Shown in pieces: positions 61,831 to 64,000 of a DNA stretch of 64,000 nt (its first letter is position 1; the number at the start of each line of letters is the position of its first letter). Under the pieces are notes generated by a model. It saw nothing but the letters and a program-made list of their open reading frames with translations, searched no databases and had not been told where the DNA came from. The stretch covers positions 118,094 to 182,093 of the forward strand of contig RDEW01000030.1 of NCBI GenBank assembly GCA_011109175.1. Reading direction: 5' to 3'. The stretch comes from Dicyema japonicum. Lineage: Eukaryota; Animalia; Dicyemida. Made by a program: the position numbers and the translations under genes.

Positions 61831-62900
61831 GATTTAGAAAATGCGTTGGAACTGGAAAAAAAGGTGGATAATATCTCTACAAAAACCCGGGAAAGCCAAA
61901 GATCCCCTTTACAACTTTAGACCAATAATTCTACAAACTTCCATCATGTATTACACCGTCTGTCATTGCATTAAACTGGATAAAAAACAGTGAACAAATT
62001 CATACCCCCCGACCAAGGTGGATTTTGGACAGGCAGGTCTACAGCCGATGTAGTGTGGGGGCACAGAGGATATTGTGCACTATGCCAAAAGTATAAAAAT
62101 CTATTGAAATATTTGGCATTGATATGTCCCGGGCATTTGATTCGTACACCGGGGAAAACTCATGGAAGTTCTGAAGTTTTCTTCACCTTGACGACGTTAA
62201 AATAATACGCCTGCTCATGCAGAACACTCACCTTTCTGTCGAAATTGGCAAATGTACCTCCAACTTTTTTTTCGACTTCACGTGGAGTTCCACAGGGGAA
62301 CTCGCTATCCCTGGTCTTCTTTATTGTTTACCTTGAAGCTGCACTAAGAGAGTTCAGGGCCCCGATTGGAAACAATATGACGAGATAATTTATGCGGACG
62401 AGCTGGAATTAGTTTCCGAGGATACTCAAACATTTCTGTACATGCTCAGCGTACTCCCACACATATTTTCGAAATGGTTCTTACCGTAAATCCCGACAAA
62501 ATGGAGTTTACAACGCTTACACGTAATGATCGGACGAATCATGGAGAAGGCAAAAAATGTTGGCTCGCTTCTAGGAGACTCTGAAGATGTTACTCGTAAG
62601 AAGATCCTTGCTATGAGTGCATTGGAAAAAAATATCGTCAATATGGAGCCACAAGAAGAGGATAGGATCAAACACCAGGCTCAGAATATACAAACAGAGT
62701 TCAGCTCAAATCAGTAATCAAGATCAACTGGCCTATGAAGATTTAAGAACTAATCTAACATATCTTCTTCTTTTAAGGGAATCTTCACCAGACTTCCACT
62801 TCCTCCTCGGACTGTGGGTCCGCCGCTTCGCCAATGTGAAGAATTGCACACTCTTCCAGTCGCCTCACCGTGTAATAGATTTCGTTAATCAATGATTTGA
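61830..62900 (+). mobile_element. RTE-like LINE RT segment
   Basis: QGGFWTGRSTADVVW, GIDMSRAFD, GVPQGNSLSL..YLEAALR and IYAD motifs. Confidence 0.75.
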
Positions 62901-63011
62901 CTCCGTGTTTGTGCTCGACAATGATACTTTCTAATCTTTTATGTAAATCCAACGACTGAATCTGAATAAGTTTTCCTTCAAAACCAACGACTGGTACATA
63001 TTAGTGATTTT

Positions 63012-63250
63012 GACATTAATCAAATCAAACAGAAATTAACCAAGTTCTTAATTAAGTATCAATATTTTCAAATTCCAAATTATTAAAAGTATTGGTTATG
63101 TCAAAAAATGTAGGTAATTAGAACAAACATAGATACTTAACATGGTCGTGAAAAGTCCAAATTAGAGTTTTCGACATTAATCGAATCAATCAGAAATTAA
63201 CCAAGTTCTTATTACGCATCAAATATATCAAAGTCCAAATTATTTACAGG
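63012..63250. repeat. Diverged direct repeat, ~161-bp period
   Basis: gacattaatcaaatcaaacagaaattaaccaagttctta occurs at 63012 and 63173. Confidence 0.65.
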
Positions 63251-63432
63251 AATGGTTCTTGTCGAACAATGTAAGTAATAGATCGATGATTGATTCTTAA
63301 GATGGTCGTGAACTGAATGTGGACTTTAGCTAAAAATCAAATCCGCAATGCTCCACATTAGAAAGTACGTTAGTATGAAAAGATTTTTCAGTTTATAGCA
63401 GTATTGTGACTTTGTGCCATTTCGAATAAAGC

Positions 63433-63492
63433 AGCACCATGTGATCCATCTAATTCAAGTGGCACCTAGTGGCAGGTTGGCACGAAAGGATC
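63433..63492 (+). ncRNA. Degenerate HDV-like ribozyme-shaped element (solo)
   Basis: P2 GAUCC/GGAUC, J4/2 CGAAA and the 3' extension atttgctcctccctccactagaaggg are kept; P1.1 is UA/UA; P1 and P3 are damaged. Confidence 0.5.
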
Positions 63493-63519
63493 ATTTGCTC
63501 CTCCCTCCACTAGAAGGGT

Positions 63520-63921
63520 TTATTCAATCACGTTATACCTACACGCTACAGCATTGATTTCATTTGCCATATGTTTTTCCCTCGAGACCCTATAGGCATT
63601 TATTGCCCTTGGTACCAGATGATCATAGTTACACAGGCGCGTCTCTATGTTCTTACAAATAAGGGATTCCAGAGAAGTTTGTGAGGAAAATTTCTTTCCA
63701 GAAAGTTCATCGATCGTCACTCTGATCGCCTTTTCTAAATAATTTCGATCTTCATACCATTTGACAAGAAGATAGATGGGACCCACAAAATATGAGTAAT
63801 CATCATCTATCCATCCATGTATTGCTTGTTTATTGTTTTCAAGAAAGAATGGTTTCCGATTTCCATTGCCAATTTTCCCTAAGAGATCGTTTCGCGTCCA
63901 TCGCCAACTGCAAGTTTTCAT
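63520..63921 (-). CDS. Hypothetical 133-aa ORF, unknown family
   Basis: Stop-free, protein-like composition; no TE or host family recognised; the 5' part may lie beyond the window edge. Confidence 0.3.
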   Translation of the reverse strand: MKTCSWRWTRNDLLGKIGNGNRKPFFLENNKQAIHGWIDDDYSYFVGPIYLLVKWYEDRNYLEKAIRVTIDELSGKKFSSQTSLESLICKNIETRLCNYDHLVPRAINAYRVSREKHMANEINAVACRYNVIE

Positions 63922-64000
63922 TCTTCAAGTCTGTCTTTCAAGAATTGAATGATACTCTTTCAGCAAATAAAATACTCATGTATGACTCAGAGATTCAGAA

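Noticed and set aside
1-64000. Naming the source species
   Set aside because: Intron size and protein type narrow it to a reduced animal lineage, but no rRNA or diagnostic marker is present in the window.

Overview
AT-rich eukaryotic (metazoan) nuclear DNA from a fragmented assembly. Eight of the nine single-n joins show a duplicated flank on both sides; at 21270 a ~290-nt insert lies between the copies. Roughly two thirds of the window is decayed transposable elements: non-LTR retrotransposons of Ingi/Jockey-like, RTE-like, CRE-like and R4/Dong-like type, a tRNA-derived SINE, and hAT, Tigger/pogo and Ginger-like DNA transposons. Embedded in this are very compact host genes cut by miniature GT-AG introns of mostly 20-27 nt, which is why the ORF track breaks them up. 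I could splice by hand a synaptotagmin-like/rabphilin-type Rab effector (3727-5278), type I PIP5K (9444-11606), BAP18 (14210-14574), NAD synthetase (46380-48607) and a FANCJ/BRIP1 helicase (52421-~55378). A broken DMC1 (~140-1200) and an RPL7/RPL7L1-like gene with two in-frame stops are also present. Animal-type proteins with introns this small suggest a miniaturised parasitic animal such as a dicyemid or myxozoan (inference, not determined). Most notable: (1) a family of HDV-like ribozyme-shaped sequences with visible covariation, one heading a LINE with ribozyme + 2A peptide + endonuclease architecture, others as solo elements; (2) an ORF with a near-perfect histone H4 tail on a highly divergent body; (3) an RPL7-like gene whose lesions are all A-to-G correctable; (4) a 150-bp satellite built from a LINE/Tigger chimera; (5) a compound hAT element with an 8-bp TSD that carries foreign DNA. 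All splicing, alignments and folds were done by eye; TE boundaries are approximate.
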